This document shows positions 21,198-32,496 of a stretch of 64,000 nt of DNA, in pieces. Each line of letters starts with the position of its first letter. Position 1 is the stretch's first letter. The position numbers were made by a program, and so were the translations under genes. The notes under the pieces were generated by a model that was not told the origin of the DNA, did no database searches, and worked only from the letters and a program-made list of their open reading frames with translations. Source of the stretch: a virus (taxonomy: Duplodnaviria; Heunggongvirae; Uroviricota; Caudoviricetes; Straboviridae); IMG/VR virus record IMGVR_UViG_2706796059_000001. One strand, given 5' to 3'.

Positions 21198-23425
21198 GTG
21201 TATGCAGTGATATATGGCTGAGTTACGTCAACCGCCTGAGCCACCTGACCATGATTGACCTTGATTGGCTCTTCTTTGTAGTAAGCTAGTGGCGTAGTGT
21301 TTTCAGGGTCGCCTAAACAACCATTCAAGTTAATGTCACCGCCTGAAGTAGCTGAACGTGCAACTAAACTGTATTGTTCTGTGATGTTGTTAATATCACG
21401 TGAAGAATCATTCGCGTAATCTGGGTTTGTTGTACTGATTAGCTCAGGGATATTCTCTTGAGTAAGAGTCACACCAATCGAACCACCCGTACCACCTGCT
21501 TGAACGATATTTTCATTGTTATTGTTTCGATGGAACTTACCGTCGTCATTTGGGTTCCAACCCACGACAGTACGCCCTTCTGCATATCGAACCCATGTAC
21601 CAAAGCCCATATAATCGGCTGGGTTATTCGGGTTGTTTGCATTTGTGTATACCGAACCAATAGGGAAGATACTTTCAAACAGTGATGTCAGCGTACCGCC
21701 CGGTGCAAACGTCTCAGGGTCTGGCAGAACTTCAGTTACTGCCGCTGATGGGTTTTGCGGGTCGGTGTACATGATCTTGTTTGAGCGTCGTACGTCTGCC
21801 CAGTCGTCACGTGAAACGAAAATCTCACGGGTTCTTTGTTGCAAGTTATCGTCGCCGTCATCCCACGTAAGCAATGTACCTATCACGTTGTCATACCAAC
21901 GAACTGTTACAATGTCGCTATCGATTAACGGGTCAGCGAAAACAATCGTATTCCAACGACCTTCCGAGTCTTGAATATAATCGTAATCATACTCACCGCC
22001 TGCTAGACTATCACCGTTACCTGCTGTATTCGACTTGGTTAACTGAGAACCATTGACTAATACTTCTAGTGTTTCGGTGTTAAACTGCGTATAATCAGGA
22101 AGACCGAAATCACTCAACGTGATTTGCATGTCAGGTACGAAATCTTTACGTACGATTTGTCCCGGTGATTCGTCTACCGCGTAGTTGTTTTGGTCGATTA
22201 CTTTAATTGATTTTAAAACGTAGCTACTACGGAAGCTCGACACGTCACTCAAGTATGTAATAAACGCAATTGGGTCAGCGTCATTTGCAGCCAAACGCAA
22301 ACGAATCGTTCTACCGTCAAGCGGAGCTAGATCATCGTTTGTCAACTGTCTCCAACGAGAATCAGCCGTTAGATCTGTATATCCCGATGCTGATGTATGT
22401 GAAATCAAACATTCAAATGTCTGAGAGTAACCATTGTGGTCTTGAGTTACGATATCACCAACTGCATATGCAGTACTACCCGCGTGGTCTACATACTCTG
22501 GGAAATCTGCGAATTCAGCCCATTTAGACTCTTCCCATGCGCCGATGCTGTTGTGTTCTTCTAGACATTGCCAGATGCGGTCATCACGACCTGTAACAGC
22601 GTCACCTCGTACTAAATCACCAACGTGATATGTTTCTGGGTTGTTTGATACCCATGCTTCAACAGTGTGAAGCGGGATTGAACCATAGTCGCTGAAGTCG
22701 CTAAGTTCGTCACCGAAGTATAACAAGTTACCACGACGATACACTTCTACCGCAGCTTGGTTGTATAACCCGCCATTTAATTCAAGTGATACGTTGAAAT
22801 CACGCTGGTCTTGTCGTGCGATGATTGCTCGACGTAGAACACTAGGAATGTCACCGAATGTCAAACCGTTTACGTATTTCTGTGCAACATATTCCCAATG
22901 ACGTGGTGGGGTGAATACAAGCTCAAGATCTTGATATGCATTCCCGAATTCCGCGCCAGAACCTAAGTCGTTTTGAGTTGAACCTGCGACACGTTTTATC
23001 GAGTCTTTAGGGTCTGGGTATACTGTTACAAGCTGCTTAGACCATGTACCTTTAACGTCACGCAAACGAATCGCTTTACCGTAGTCTGCTTCTTCAACAC
23101 CACTCGGTAGATATACATCAACTGGACCCAGTGACGTATCGATAGTCCATGATTCACCAAAACTTACGCGCAATTCAGGTCCCTGACCATCGCCGTTCTC
23201 GTCGAAATACAGTTCAGCGTTAGCAGGGTTGTACGATGTATCACCGTTTAGGTATGTAGATGCAAATTTCCAATTGCGCCAAGCACCGGCAGCATATAAT
23301 CTGCTACCGTCGCCTAATTGACTGTATATTTCGTCGAAGTTGTCACGGGTCTTAATGCCACCTACTCTTAGGTAATCACCAGTACCGTCATCAACAATTT
23401 GTCCGACGTTGATCGTCTGTTTCAT
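21179..23425 (-). CDS. gp10: baseplate wedge protein gp10
   Basis: The N-terminus MKQTINVGQIVDDGTGDYLRVGGIKTRDNFDEIY matches T4 gp10 MKQNINIGNVVDDGTGDYLRKGGIKINENFDELY. The C-terminal YITAYTWIRTA matches YITVYRWIRIA. Confidence 0.9.
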   Translation of the reverse strand: MKQTINVGQIVDDGTGDYLRVGGIKTRDNFDEIYSQLGDGSRLYAAGAWRNWKFASTYLNGDTSYNPANAELYFDENGDGQGPELRVSFGESWTIDTSLGPVDVYLPSGVEEADYGKAIRLRDVKGTWSKQLVTVYPDPKDSIKRVAGSTQNDLGSGAEFGNAYQDLELVFTPPRHWEYVAQKYVNGLTFGDIPSVLRRAIIARQDQRDFNVSLELNGGLYNQAAVEVYRRGNLLYFGDELSDFSDYGSIPLHTVEAWVSNNPETYHVGDLVRGDAVTGRDDRIWQCLEEHNSIGAWEESKWAEFADFPEYVDHAGSTAYAVGDIVTQDHNGYSQTFECLISHTSASGYTDLTADSRWRQLTNDDLAPLDGRTIRLRLAANDADPIAFITYLSDVSSFRSSYVLKSIKVIDQNNYAVDESPGQIVRKDFVPDMQITLSDFGLPDYTQFNTETLEVLVNGSQLTKSNTAGNGDSLAGGEYDYDYIQDSEGRWNTIVFADPLIDSDIVTVRWYDNVIGTLLTWDDGDDNLQQRTREIFVSRDDWADVRRSNKIMYTDPQNPSAAVTEVLPDPETFAPGGTLTSLFESIFPIGSVYTNANNPNNPADYMGFGTWVRYAEGRTVVGWNPNDDGKFHRNNNNENIVQAGGTGGSIGVTLTQENIPELISTTNPDYANDSSRDINNITEQYSLVARSATSGGDINLNGCLGDPENTTPLAYYKEEPIKVNHGQVAQAVDVTQPYITAYTWIRTA

Positions 23426-23434
23426 TATTGTCCC

Positions 23435-24403
23435 TTACGATAGTCTGATTGTTTCGATAGATTTGATAGCAATTGAAACATTGTCGTCGTTTGATGTAAT
23501 ATCAAGAACGATGTTGCCAGCGTCAACTCGCGGTTCAATCAGAATCAAGTTACCAAAATCTTTGTCTGTATTGATTACTGAGTATTCATCAATATAAACG
23601 TCTGTTATGTTATTTAGCAGCAACAATTCCGATGACATGCGTCGAGTAACAGCACCACCCTGTAGAGGGTCGCTATTCTCTGCATAAACCATCAATTTAC
23701 ATGCTGCATACGATTGAATATCGAATAGCGGCATTGTAACTGTCACCGTGTCTGGAATTGAGTAAATCGTGTCATTAACTGGCGCACCGAAGTCACCTGC
23801 AATTGGGTTGATTTTGACACCCCACTGCGGTGTTCCTGCTAATCCCGTACCGTCGTCAATAACAGTACATATGATATGACAGCGATTTGTACGAACAATT
23901 TGAGTTCCGTCAAGTTCAGGTGCACCTACAATAGCATCGCCAGATGATGGTGCTAATACAATCGGGTTTGTATCTAATGTTGCAGTTGTGTTCTGAAACT
24001 CGATTCGCTCACCACGTTTTGCCATCCCTGCTGTCGTGCCAATCTTCGGTAAATTCAACGTCATCGATGCACCGCCGCCTAATGATGACGTGTCGATGTC
24101 ATATTTACCACCTGTTACGATTGATGTCAGTAAGTTTGTATTGTTCGGACCACCCGAACCGCCCGCAGTAGAACTCGGTGGAATTCTCTGCCAATAACCA
24201 CCTGCATGAGGTCTAGGTGCGATGTCATTATATGCAGGGATATAGTTTTCACCTGCATCGGTTAGCTCAAAGTCTGCATTAATATGGTAAAACTCATCTG
24301 AGTTATCACGCAGCTTATTACCACCATTGTGAATTGTATCACCAGTACCGACCGAACCCGCCGTACCAGTTTCTAATCTATTACGTCCCATTTCTTTCTC
24401 CAA
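23435..24403 (-). CDS. gp9: baseplate wedge protein gp9 (long tail fibre socket)
   Basis: The N-terminus GSVGTGDTIHNGGNKL resembles T4 gp9 GNASTGDILFDGGNKI. Size and position fit. Confidence 0.7.
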   Translation of the reverse strand: MEKEMGRNRLETGTAGSVGTGDTIHNGGNKLRDNSDEFYHINADFELTDAGENYIPAYNDIAPRPHAGGYWQRIPPSSTAGGSGGPNNTNLLTSIVTGGKYDIDTSSLGGGASMTLNLPKIGTTAGMAKRGERIEFQNTTATLDTNPIVLAPSSGDAIVGAPELDGTQIVRTNRCHIICTVIDDGTGLAGTPQWGVKINPIAGDFGAPVNDTIYSIPDTVTVTMPLFDIQSYAACKLMVYAENSDPLQGGAVTRRMSSELLLLNNITDVYIDEYSVINTDKDFGNLILIEPRVDAGNIVLDITSNDDNVSIAIKSIETIRLS

Positions 24404-24444
24404 GAAAGGCGCATATGCGCCTTATGAGTTATTTACTGTATTTA

Positions 24445-25476
24445 TTAGAAGTTGTAGATCAGATTGAATTCTTCTACCTGGTCTAATGTTTTACGAATCG
24501 GCTGACGATTTTCCATGTAGATGATTTGACCTGTTCCTGCTTGTATCTCATGCGGGTCGTATCTAACTTCAGTCGCTTTCGTGTCTTCGGTATCACCTTC
24601 TTGACGAATCAATAATGGGTTCTGAACAAGTGAAATCTGACGATACCCGTTATTCCCGGGACCGAATAAGTGAATAAAGTCAGAGCCTGCTAATTTAGCT
24701 CGGAATCGTAACTGAACTGCACCTACGTTGAAAATAGTTTCGTCGTAGTTCTCGTTGAATACGATATTCTGATCAAGACCCCACGCAACTCGATTTTCGA
24801 TGATGTCGTTAGGGAACGGACAAACGATGTATTCTTTTGTCACGTTCGTTAAGACTTCATTCGGCGGGATAGTGTATAGATATTCCCATACGTAACCGTC
24901 ACCTGTTTCAATCGCATTCCCTGTACCATGAGGGATATTCTCTTGGTTACCGGGTGATGACGGTGCATTCCATTCACCCCCAACTGCTACACAATCATTT
25001 TTATTTGTGACTGTTGATATTGAACATGTACCACGAATGTTTGTGTTATTCGGGTCAGTCTCTGGAATATCGACACATCGATAAACCATATAGCCGTTCA
25101 ATGCGCTCGGGTGACTGTTGATTGACATCGTATTAACTGTCACGATATCGCCAAATGTGAAACGAAGTGAATCGTTTAGGTCAGGGTCGCCCCAGTCCTT
25201 GCGAGGAAGAACAGGGCGAAGCTGTGATTTCGGAATCTTAATCAGACCTAGCGCACGCGCCCAAACGTCTGCTTTCCCATCTGGGCTATCGTTTGGGTAA
25301 GGTGGCGCGAAGTTTATTTCATCTTCGCGGTCTGACCAAGGCTCGTTACGACCGAACATAAGGTAAATTGTGTTCTTGTCGTCGTCATCACCTACGTTTT
25401 CGTAGAAGTTCATCAAGTTATTAACTCGATATTCTGTTGTGATTGTTGATCTGTAAATTTTTGCCACTTTATTCAC
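24445..25476 (-). CDS. gp8: baseplate wedge protein gp8
   Basis: IYRSTITTEYRVNNLMNFYENVG..DKNTIYLMFGRNEPWS...FAPPYPNDS matches the T4 gp8 N-terminus. IIYMENRQPI also matches. Confidence 0.9.
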   Translation of the reverse strand: MNKVAKIYRSTITTEYRVNNLMNFYENVGDDDDKNTIYLMFGRNEPWSDREDEINFAPPYPNDSPDGKADVWARALGLIKIPKSQLRPVLPRKDWGDPDLNDSLRFTFGDIVTVNTMSINSHPSALNGYMVYRCVDIPETDPNNTNIRGTCSISTVTNKNDCVAVGGEWNAPSSPGNQENIPHGTGNAIETGDGYVWEYLYTIPPNEVLTNVTKEYIVCPFPNDIIENRVAWGLDQNIVFNENYDETIFNVGAVQLRFRAKLAGSDFIHLFGPGNNGYRQISLVQNPLLIRQEGDTEDTKATEVRYDPHEIQAGTGQIIYMENRQPIRKTLDQVEEFNLIYNF

Positions 25477-28400
25477 CTATTTGTTTTTGAGTCGGCGTTA
25501 CTGGGTCATATGGGTTACCAACGTTGTCTTTCAATCTGTAATCAGAATCTTCGTACATATCTGAAATACTCGTCGATGCTGCTGACCAGTCAAACATAAA
25601 TGCAGGAGCTCGTTCGTATGCCGTCATTCCCCAATATACCGACCCGTTTGCGTCTGCTGATTGAACTTTCGCCGTTGGGTTGTAATTGGGATTCAGAACA
25701 CGTTTCTTACCGCCCCATTCATCGTTGATATCACCCGTGTCTGTTTCTATATATCGTTGCTCGTCGATAGCTGAATACTCATCTAAAGCAATCACACGAT
25801 CATTAGCCCAGTAGTTGTTGTAGTCGATGATTGTAATACCCTGTGTATTAGTCAATCGATCTTGAATCGCATGATCAAGCGGGTCTTCTAGTGCTAACGG
25901 ATGTGGCTTCAATTGAAGTTCACCAAACGAGTTGTAAATTCTATCTTCGTTACCATCAAGCAATGAAGTTTCTTCAGTGAAGTTATTCCCTATACCGTTG
26001 TCATAGCGAATCAATCTGTATGAATCTACAATCGTTTCGTGATGATTGACTGAGATACCGTGATTAATCAATACTGTCAGCAACGTAATACCTAAGAACC
26101 CAAACCCAATTGGGTGTACAAATCGAATTACATCATCTTTGTACTGACTAAGCTGAATCTCAGAACGAATCTTCATAACGTAGTATGATTTGCTTCGATC
26201 AAGAAATTCATTTGAATCGTAGTCGATTCGTTCACCTTGTACGCGAGTAATCGCAGTTGCGGTGAATTCCAGACCGTCGATTTCTAACGTGTCGCCGATG
26301 TTCAACTCACCGATTAAGTTGTTCAAAGTCAATTTCCAGTAACGTTTACCTTCAATGTAATGACGGTCAACATATGTCACGTCTGCGTTGCCTGTCTCTG
26401 AATAAATTCTACGACCTACTACATCATCGGTTACGTCATTTGAGTTAACAACGATTGAATATTCAAACGTGTTAAGCGATTCTATTTCAACTTCAACATC
26501 TTCGTTGTATAGCAACTTGAACAAGAACTTGTATGAGTCTAAAATACCTTTAGTGCTGTAAAAATCTGCACGTCGTGCCAAGAAAAATTTAACAACTGCA
26601 TCACGTTTCTCTGGCTCTAGAATACGATTTCGCTCGTATACTAATTTGTGTAGATACTCAGTGTAATGGTCGTCAAGTGGGTTTTTGCTGTTAAGCAAGT
26701 TATACACGTTATTATAAGCCGTACCATCACCTTTACTGATGAAATCTAAGTAGTGCTTTGCAAAACTCTTGTAAAACCCGTCTGCATCGAGATAATTCTC
26801 TGGCATCATCTTGTAAATCAATGGTGTCAGAGTCGGGTCGAGCATACTTGTTGGGTCTTCTTCAGGCGGCTCGATAATTACAGGTGAATAATTCGACAAA
26901 CTAGCCGTGATTACACGACGCTCTGGAGACCAGCGAATTGGCGCTGTGATATCAACTCGGTATGGAAACTTGTAGTAACCTATTACCTTGTTGTCGTTCG
27001 CGCTGTGAATGATCGCACCTGCTGCATAACCATTAAACCCGAAAATCGATAGATTTGGAGCTTCTAGTTTGTATTCACCCTCGTCAAATGTCTCTTTCCA
27101 TTTATATTCGTCGAGATCTTCAAAGTCGCTTCTGAAAATTGACTCTTTCTTGTAGTACATGATTTCATTTGCCCAAGATTTCCAATCACGTGTTTCAGCA
27201 CGCTGCATCCAGTTGAAATGCGCGGATCCGTAATAATCTTGCGGCTTGTAGTACCAATCATCGCCGTCTTTCGTCGCGATGATCTGTGTCATCGGCTTAA
27301 CGTATGTTGTAAAGAACGGTTTAGTGAACATACGAACAGCTTCGTCAACTTCATCGTTGTCTGAAACTAGATACGGGTCATCTATTGTACCGTAGTTATC
27401 ACCCGCAGTTGAGTGGAAATTACCAGGTGCACCGCTAGACTCTTGACGATTGTCGTAAGCTGGGTTGCCTTCTTCACCGTAGTTCTTTGTTAGATCGTGA
27501 CCTACAATCAAATGAGTGTTGTCACGTGAAATAACTGAACGTTCGTTTAGAAGTTCGCGCTCTTCTTCAATGTTTCCGTATACACGTTCCCATGTCAAGC
27601 CAGTGTAACCAATAACGATACCATCTCTCAATGTCGCTGTGCGATTTAGTCGATAAACACCGCGAATCTCATTCGGGTCAGATGTACCGATTCGTTTACC
27701 GTTCTCGTCATGCTCCCACTCACCTATGACTAGCGCGAACATATTGCCGTCTTGATAATCGAGACCTTGCTCTGGGTCGTCGAAGTACTGAATTTTCTTA
27801 ACACACACATCTGCTGTGTTTTCATCAAAATTAGGTCGACTCGCGTCGTTTTTCACAATCTTATCTTCAAAGTAAACAGGTTCGTTGTTTAATTCGCCCG
27901 TTGTTTCGAAAATACGTTCGCCATATAGTTCTGATAATACGTTATCGAAAATGCGCGGGATCCTGTTGTTATGCCACACGTAGGTGTTTGCGTATGTTAC
28001 AACGGACATTACATCATCAACGCCGAAAGCGTCTGCTTTGTTACGCACTTGTGGTGGTAATATAGCCAAATCTTTGAAACGCTCAACATCGAACCCAAAC
28101 CCTAAGTCGAAGTCTAGTTTATCGAACGTCAAATCAACCGATGCATGTGAATATTCAAGCCCATTATCGTGCGAGTAATCAACGTCATTCGATTGTACGC
28201 CTTGAATAAGGTAATCATACCCTAGTAGGTAACTAAATGCGTTAGACTGCTTACAGATGCAATCATAGACTGGGTTCCCTAGTCTTGAGTTCGTTGCTTT
28301 ATATGTCTGCCATGTTCTACCGCCGTCGTTAGACACTTTACAAACTTGTTGCCAGCGTTCGAACGCATATATAACATCGTCTATAACAACAGGGATTACG

Positions 28401-28966
28401 CGATCAACGTTCTGACATACAGTTGGGACTTTGCCATAATTTGCACTAAAACCGGGATTTGTAACAAACCAATATGCCGCTGAATCGACGTTAAACATAT
28501 TAGGGTCAAATTCAAAACCTGGTCGCACTAGGGTAGCTTGTAGGTTGTTACGACTGTTTAGGTATTGGTCGTTGTCGTTATTCAAACGCTCTTCAATGAA
28601 TGAAGATGCGGGAATGAATTCGTCTTGAGTCGTGATGTCGTAATCGTTTGTGTCCGACGTATACCCGATATCAGATGTGACCCACTCACTCGGTTCAAAA
28701 CCCTTGTAAACAGAACGAATTCTCCATTGATAATAACGAACAGAACTGTTAATATTCGTAAACAGTCTCGTTTCGCTAGTAAACGGGTTAGGGTATAACG
28801 CTGTGAAACTTTGTGTTAGAAGAATTTCTGCACTAACAGCCGAACGAACATGAATCTCGTAGCGAAAGTTTTCACCTACGGTTGACCATGAAAGTTCAGC
28901 ATAGTTTCGCGTCAATTTGTCAATAGACACCCCCATAATTGGAGGTGCTTGTAATACGTTTGCCAT
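25469..28966 (-). CDS. gp7: baseplate wedge protein gp7
   Basis: 1165 aa, the largest wedge protein, between gp6 and gp8. N-terminal pattern resembles T4 gp7. Confidence 0.8.
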   Translation of the reverse strand: MANVLQAPPIMGVSIDKLTRNYAELSWSTVGENFRYEIHVRSAVSAEILLTQSFTALYPNPFTSETRLFTNINSSVRYYQWRIRSVYKGFEPSEWVTSDIGYTSDTNDYDITTQDEFIPASSFIEERLNNDNDQYLNSRNNLQATLVRPGFEFDPNMFNVDSAAYWFVTNPGFSANYGKVPTVCQNVDRVIPVVIDDVIYAFERWQQVCKVSNDGGRTWQTYKATNSRLGNPVYDCICKQSNAFSYLLGYDYLIQGVQSNDVDYSHDNGLEYSHASVDLTFDKLDFDLGFGFDVERFKDLAILPPQVRNKADAFGVDDVMSVVTYANTYVWHNNRIPRIFDNVLSELYGERIFETTGELNNEPVYFEDKIVKNDASRPNFDENTADVCVKKIQYFDDPEQGLDYQDGNMFALVIGEWEHDENGKRIGTSDPNEIRGVYRLNRTATLRDGIVIGYTGLTWERVYGNIEEERELLNERSVISRDNTHLIVGHDLTKNYGEEGNPAYDNRQESSGAPGNFHSTAGDNYGTIDDPYLVSDNDEVDEAVRMFTKPFFTTYVKPMTQIIATKDGDDWYYKPQDYYGSAHFNWMQRAETRDWKSWANEIMYYKKESIFRSDFEDLDEYKWKETFDEGEYKLEAPNLSIFGFNGYAAGAIIHSANDNKVIGYYKFPYRVDITAPIRWSPERRVITASLSNYSPVIIEPPEEDPTSMLDPTLTPLIYKMMPENYLDADGFYKSFAKHYLDFISKGDGTAYNNVYNLLNSKNPLDDHYTEYLHKLVYERNRILEPEKRDAVVKFFLARRADFYSTKGILDSYKFLFKLLYNEDVEVEIESLNTFEYSIVVNSNDVTDDVVGRRIYSETGNADVTYVDRHYIEGKRYWKLTLNNLIGELNIGDTLEIDGLEFTATAITRVQGERIDYDSNEFLDRSKSYYVMKIRSEIQLSQYKDDVIRFVHPIGFGFLGITLLTVLINHGISVNHHETIVDSYRLIRYDNGIGNNFTEETSLLDGNEDRIYNSFGELQLKPHPLALEDPLDHAIQDRLTNTQGITIIDYNNYWANDRVIALDEYSAIDEQRYIETDTGDINDEWGGKKRVLNPNYNPTAKVQSADANGSVYWGMTAYERAPAFMFDWSAASTSISDMYEDSDYRLKDNVGNPYDPVTPTQKQIGE

Positions 28967-30924
28967 TAAGAAATACCCTCAAGAACGATATCTGTGTATT
29001 GAGGACGAAGCTCGTTCTCATATACGATCAAGCTACCGTCATCTGTGTATATATTAGATCGAGTAGGCGAAGCTGATACAATCAAATTACCAGTCACATC
29101 CCAATCTGCTGAGTTTATCCCCAAGTTGATGAAATCATAGTCCATCATACCTGATGCGTAGTTGATAGTACCGATTCGGTAGTATAAGCTGCGCGAGCCG
29201 ATTACTTCACGATCAAAGTCGTTATCAGTATAAGCACCCGTAGGCAAGCCAGTTTCTGGGTCTAGCGGGTTTGTAATATCACCGGGTGCAAATGGACCCA
29301 ATAACATCGTACCGATATCTTCTTCAGTCGGTGCAGTTCGTGCGGCTGTCGTTCTGATCTGCACGTCATACCCGCCCGGGGTGAACATGATATCTTCTGA
29401 TTTTACAGAACGCTCGGTAATCGGGTTTAAGAAACTATACCCACTCATAGGCGTTTGAGCGAAATTCGCTAATTCACGAATTAAACTAATGTCACATCTA
29501 GAACCTAGAATTGACGGGTGAGCTTCATCAACATAGCTCAACATCTTAGAAACATGGAACGATGCATTGAAGATCTCAACATCATTGTAGTAATAATCTG
29601 AAATCGCATTGATGATTTGAGCTTTCAAATAATCGGCACCTTCAGCCAATGAACCTGTACGGTAGTTGATTCTTAGATTGTGTTTTACATACAAGTAATC
29701 TGGGTCAACAACTTTAGGTGTCACTGTAACAATATTGAATTCTTTCAAATATTCTTCGATGTCTTGTCGCGCTACTTGTGGAAGTGTCAACCCGCTCTTC
29801 GGCTTAATCGAGATAAACACATAACCTGGCTTATCTGAGCTTCCGAACGCCTGAACAGACTGAACGATGTTACCGAACTTCTGAGAAACAAATGTTTCAT
29901 AGTCAAGTTTAGTAACACAACGACGCTGCGACTCTCTGAAAATAGGGGCTAGTTCGCGAATACGCTCCGTGCCTTCAGCATAACCACCACCAATCGAACC
30001 AACAAAGTTTTCATCGTTATTCGGGTTATCGTCGATGTTTTTATCATCTAACTGGAAGTTAGGAATGTCATCTGCCCATGTGAATCGTTTTGAGCCGTTA
30101 GCAACTGGTCCCTGTGTTTTCACATATTGAACACGAATGCGCTGACCTTCGATTGGACGCAGACCGCCGATATAACCCGGGTCGTAAGCACCACCACTTT
30201 CTACAAAGTCAGTTAGTTCGCCTTCACCGAAGTAAACCTCAGTGTAACCATCTACAGTTTCACGCAGATAGAATACGTTTGAACCGCCTGTTACATTGAC
30301 TATCGATTTGTCTGTCCAGTTAGTCCATTCCGTGTTATCAACGAACACGCGCACATAGTTTCGATCTAAATCTGGGTCTTTGATCGTAATCGATTCGGTT
30401 TCACTAAATAGCGCCTCATATCGACCTAGAGTGCCTTGAACGAGGTCTATCTGGTCTTGATATACAAGCGGGCTTTGTGGGTCTAATGGGTCCTGCTTTG
30501 CACCGATTAGAATGTGAGGTTCCCACACGATGTAGCTGTAGTAATCAACCCCGTCAACGTCAGCACTGAAACGAGTACCCGTACCTAGCGTAATTTCAAC
30601 TGGGTTTTCAGCGTGATACGCTTTGATACCGATTGTATGTGTTGCTGCCGATAAAGAACTAGGCGCGTAACCCATATCTTGAGCGTGCTGAACTACACTG
30701 CTGTGTTTTTGAGCAGTGCGAATAAAACTCTCGAACAATGCTGCATTCGAGTAGTGCTGCATGTACATTGTGCTGTATGCAAGCAAATCTGTTAGTACGT
30801 TCAGACGACTTCCCTTGAAGTCATAATCCTTGAACTCGTCTTGACCTTTCAGATATTGAATAAGATCTTGCTTGATTGTCTCAAACGAGCCAGAACTAAC
30901 AGGCAAATTCGAGTTAGTTGTCAT
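28966..30924 (-). CDS. gp6: baseplate wedge protein gp6
   Basis: FETIKQDLIQYLKGQDEFKDYDFKGSRLNVLTDLLAY matches T4 gp6 FAEIKQNLIEWLNGQNEFLDYDFEGSRLNVLCDLLAY. Also matches: QRCVTKLDYETFVSQKFG and SLIVYENELRPQY. Confidence 0.92.
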   Translation of the reverse strand: MTTNSNLPVSSGSFETIKQDLIQYLKGQDEFKDYDFKGSRLNVLTDLLAYSTMYMQHYSNAALFESFIRTAQKHSSVVQHAQDMGYAPSSLSAATHTIGIKAYHAENPVEITLGTGTRFSADVDGVDYYSYIVWEPHILIGAKQDPLDPQSPLVYQDQIDLVQGTLGRYEALFSETESITIKDPDLDRNYVRVFVDNTEWTNWTDKSIVNVTGGSNVFYLRETVDGYTEVYFGEGELTDFVESGGAYDPGYIGGLRPIEGQRIRVQYVKTQGPVANGSKRFTWADDIPNFQLDDKNIDDNPNNDENFVGSIGGGYAEGTERIRELAPIFRESQRRCVTKLDYETFVSQKFGNIVQSVQAFGSSDKPGYVFISIKPKSGLTLPQVARQDIEEYLKEFNIVTVTPKVVDPDYLYVKHNLRINYRTGSLAEGADYLKAQIINAISDYYYNDVEIFNASFHVSKMLSYVDEAHPSILGSRCDISLIRELANFAQTPMSGYSFLNPITERSVKSEDIMFTPGGYDVQIRTTAARTAPTEEDIGTMLLGPFAPGDITNPLDPETGLPTGAYTDNDFDREVIGSRSLYYRIGTINYASGMMDYDFINLGINSADWDVTGNLIVSASPTRSNIYTDDGSLIVYENELRPQYTDIVLEGIS

Positions 30925-31009
30925 GTTATTCCCCTGTTGGTAAAATTATGTAAATTTCGTTTCTTATATTTAATATACAAAAAAGCCCACTCAATGAGCG
31001 GGCTATCGT

Positions 31010-31429
31010 TTATAGACGATTTACTAGTCTAGTTGACAAGGCAAACAATCTATCGAAGTTAGTTTTTAAGTGATACTGTATAGACACGTCATACGTGTTT
31101 TCATCATATACAGGGATGACATCAATTCGCTGAATAGCAACACGAGGTTCCCATCTTGAAATCGCATTTTCAATACTATATTTGATTGAGAACGCGCTTG
31201 CTGGGGAAATATTCTCAAACAATTGATTGTTAATGTCACAGCCGAATTCAGGGTTGAACGGTCGTTCTCCTTTATTCGTACTCACGATACCTACGATAGA
31301 TTCTTGTATTGCTTTTAAGTCATACGATGCGCTCAAGTCATTGTTTACAACACTTTTATTAAAGTTTGCAGGGATGTCACTGAAATAGAAACTCCCTGGC
31401 TTTAACGTGTTCAACTCTGCAATTGCCAT
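31010..31429 (-). CDS. gp25: baseplate wedge protein gp25 (lysozyme-fold, gpW-like)
   Basis: KGERPFNPEFGCDINNQLFENISP...EPRV...VIPVYDE matches T4 gp25 KGSRPFDPEFGCDLSDQLFENMTP...EPRI..VIPVYDD. Confidence 0.9.
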   Translation of the reverse strand: MAIAELNTLKPGSFYFSDIPANFNKSVVNNDLSASYDLKAIQESIVGIVSTNKGERPFNPEFGCDINNQLFENISPASAFSIKYSIENAISRWEPRVAIQRIDVIPVYDENTYDVSIQYHLKTNFDRLFALSTRLVNRL

Positions 31430-31571
31430 AGTTTTTTCTCCGATTTTAAATTTATTTATAGAAAAGTGTTGACAGGCATATCTTATTTACCTATTATGTA
31501 CTCCTCAGCGCAACGAAGCGCACAAACAAAATAGATTGTGATATTAACTTCATTAACTAAGAGAGCAAAAC

Positions 31572-32447
31572 ATGTTTAAGAAACTTGCAAAACTATTATC
31601 AGTATCTGCGCTCGGTCTAGCACTTGTAGGCTGTGGCACACCTGCTGAAATCCCAACGGGTTTCGTCGGTAAGATTCAAACGCCTAATGGCTTCAATTTA
31701 GAAGCAGAGCCGCGACAACCGTCTAAATTTCGTCTCGATTGGGCATGGCGCTACCCAGATCGTCTAGTACTTCTTGACGTATCTGACAGCTTCTACCAAA
31801 TGAACTTCAACACGTTCATGCCAAAAGATGAGCTTATGCTTGCTTACTCAGTCGAAATGACAATGGCGATTGACCCTGCGAAGTACAACTTCGTATTCGC
31901 TAAAGTGCCGTTCCGAGCACAAACAGACCAGCTAGGTGTAATTGATCAGAAAGACGTGTTTAAACGTTATGCGAAAGCTAAACTGAATACGATTGTACCT
32001 AGTATTGTAGCTGAATACAGCATCAAACAGGTTGCGTCTGAACGTCAAAAACTGAACTCGTTCGTTCTTAATCGCTTGAATCAAGAGCTGAAAGATACGC
32101 CGTTCGTTCTTAAAGTCGTAGGTGTTACTAACGTAGATTACCCTAAGACAATCACAGACGCACAAATCAAATCTGCTGAACGTCGTCAAGAAGAAGACAC
32201 AGTTAAAGCACAACGTAAGCTAGACTTGCTACAAATCGCAACACGTGAAGAAGTATCAAAGCGTCAGCGTGAAATCGAGCTGTACGAAGCTGAAACTAAA
32301 AAGTTAGTAGCTGACAAGCTGATGAACTCTAACGTGCGATTCATCGAAGAGCAAAAAACTCTACGTGAACTTGCGAAGTCGAATAACAAAGTGTTCGTAC
32401 CAACGAAAATGCTTGATGATATCGCAGTACAAACACCAATCAAATAA
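31572..32447 (+). CDS. lipoprotein with an SPFH/band-7-like domain
   Basis: Signal peptide with lipobox LVGC. The C-terminal region (IKSAERRQEEDTVKAQRKLDLLQIATREEVSKRQREIELYEAE) is typical of SPFH/prohibitin coiled-coil tails. It lies on the strand opposite the flanking baseplate genes. Confidence 0.6.
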   Translation: MFKKLAKLLSVSALGLALVGCGTPAEIPTGFVGKIQTPNGFNLEAEPRQPSKFRLDWAWRYPDRLVLLDVSDSFYQMNFNTFMPKDELMLAYSVEMTMAIDPAKYNFVFAKVPFRAQTDQLGVIDQKDVFKRYAKAKLNTIVPSIVAEYSIKQVASERQKLNSFVLNRLNQELKDTPFVLKVVGVTNVDYPKTITDAQIKSAERRQEEDTVKAQRKLDLLQIATREEVSKRQREIELYEAETKKLVADKLMNSNVRFIEEQKTLRELAKSNNKVFVPTKMLDDIAVQTPIK

Positions 32448-32450
32448 TAA

Positions 32451-32486
32451 CCACAAAGGGCAGTGTTTCACTGCCCTCTCTTAAAA
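32451..32486 (+). terminator. rho-independent terminator after the SPFH lipoprotein gene
   Basis: agggcagtg-tttc-actgccct hairpin followed by T-rich sequence. Confidence 0.55.
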
Positions 32487-32496
32487 AGGAAACGTA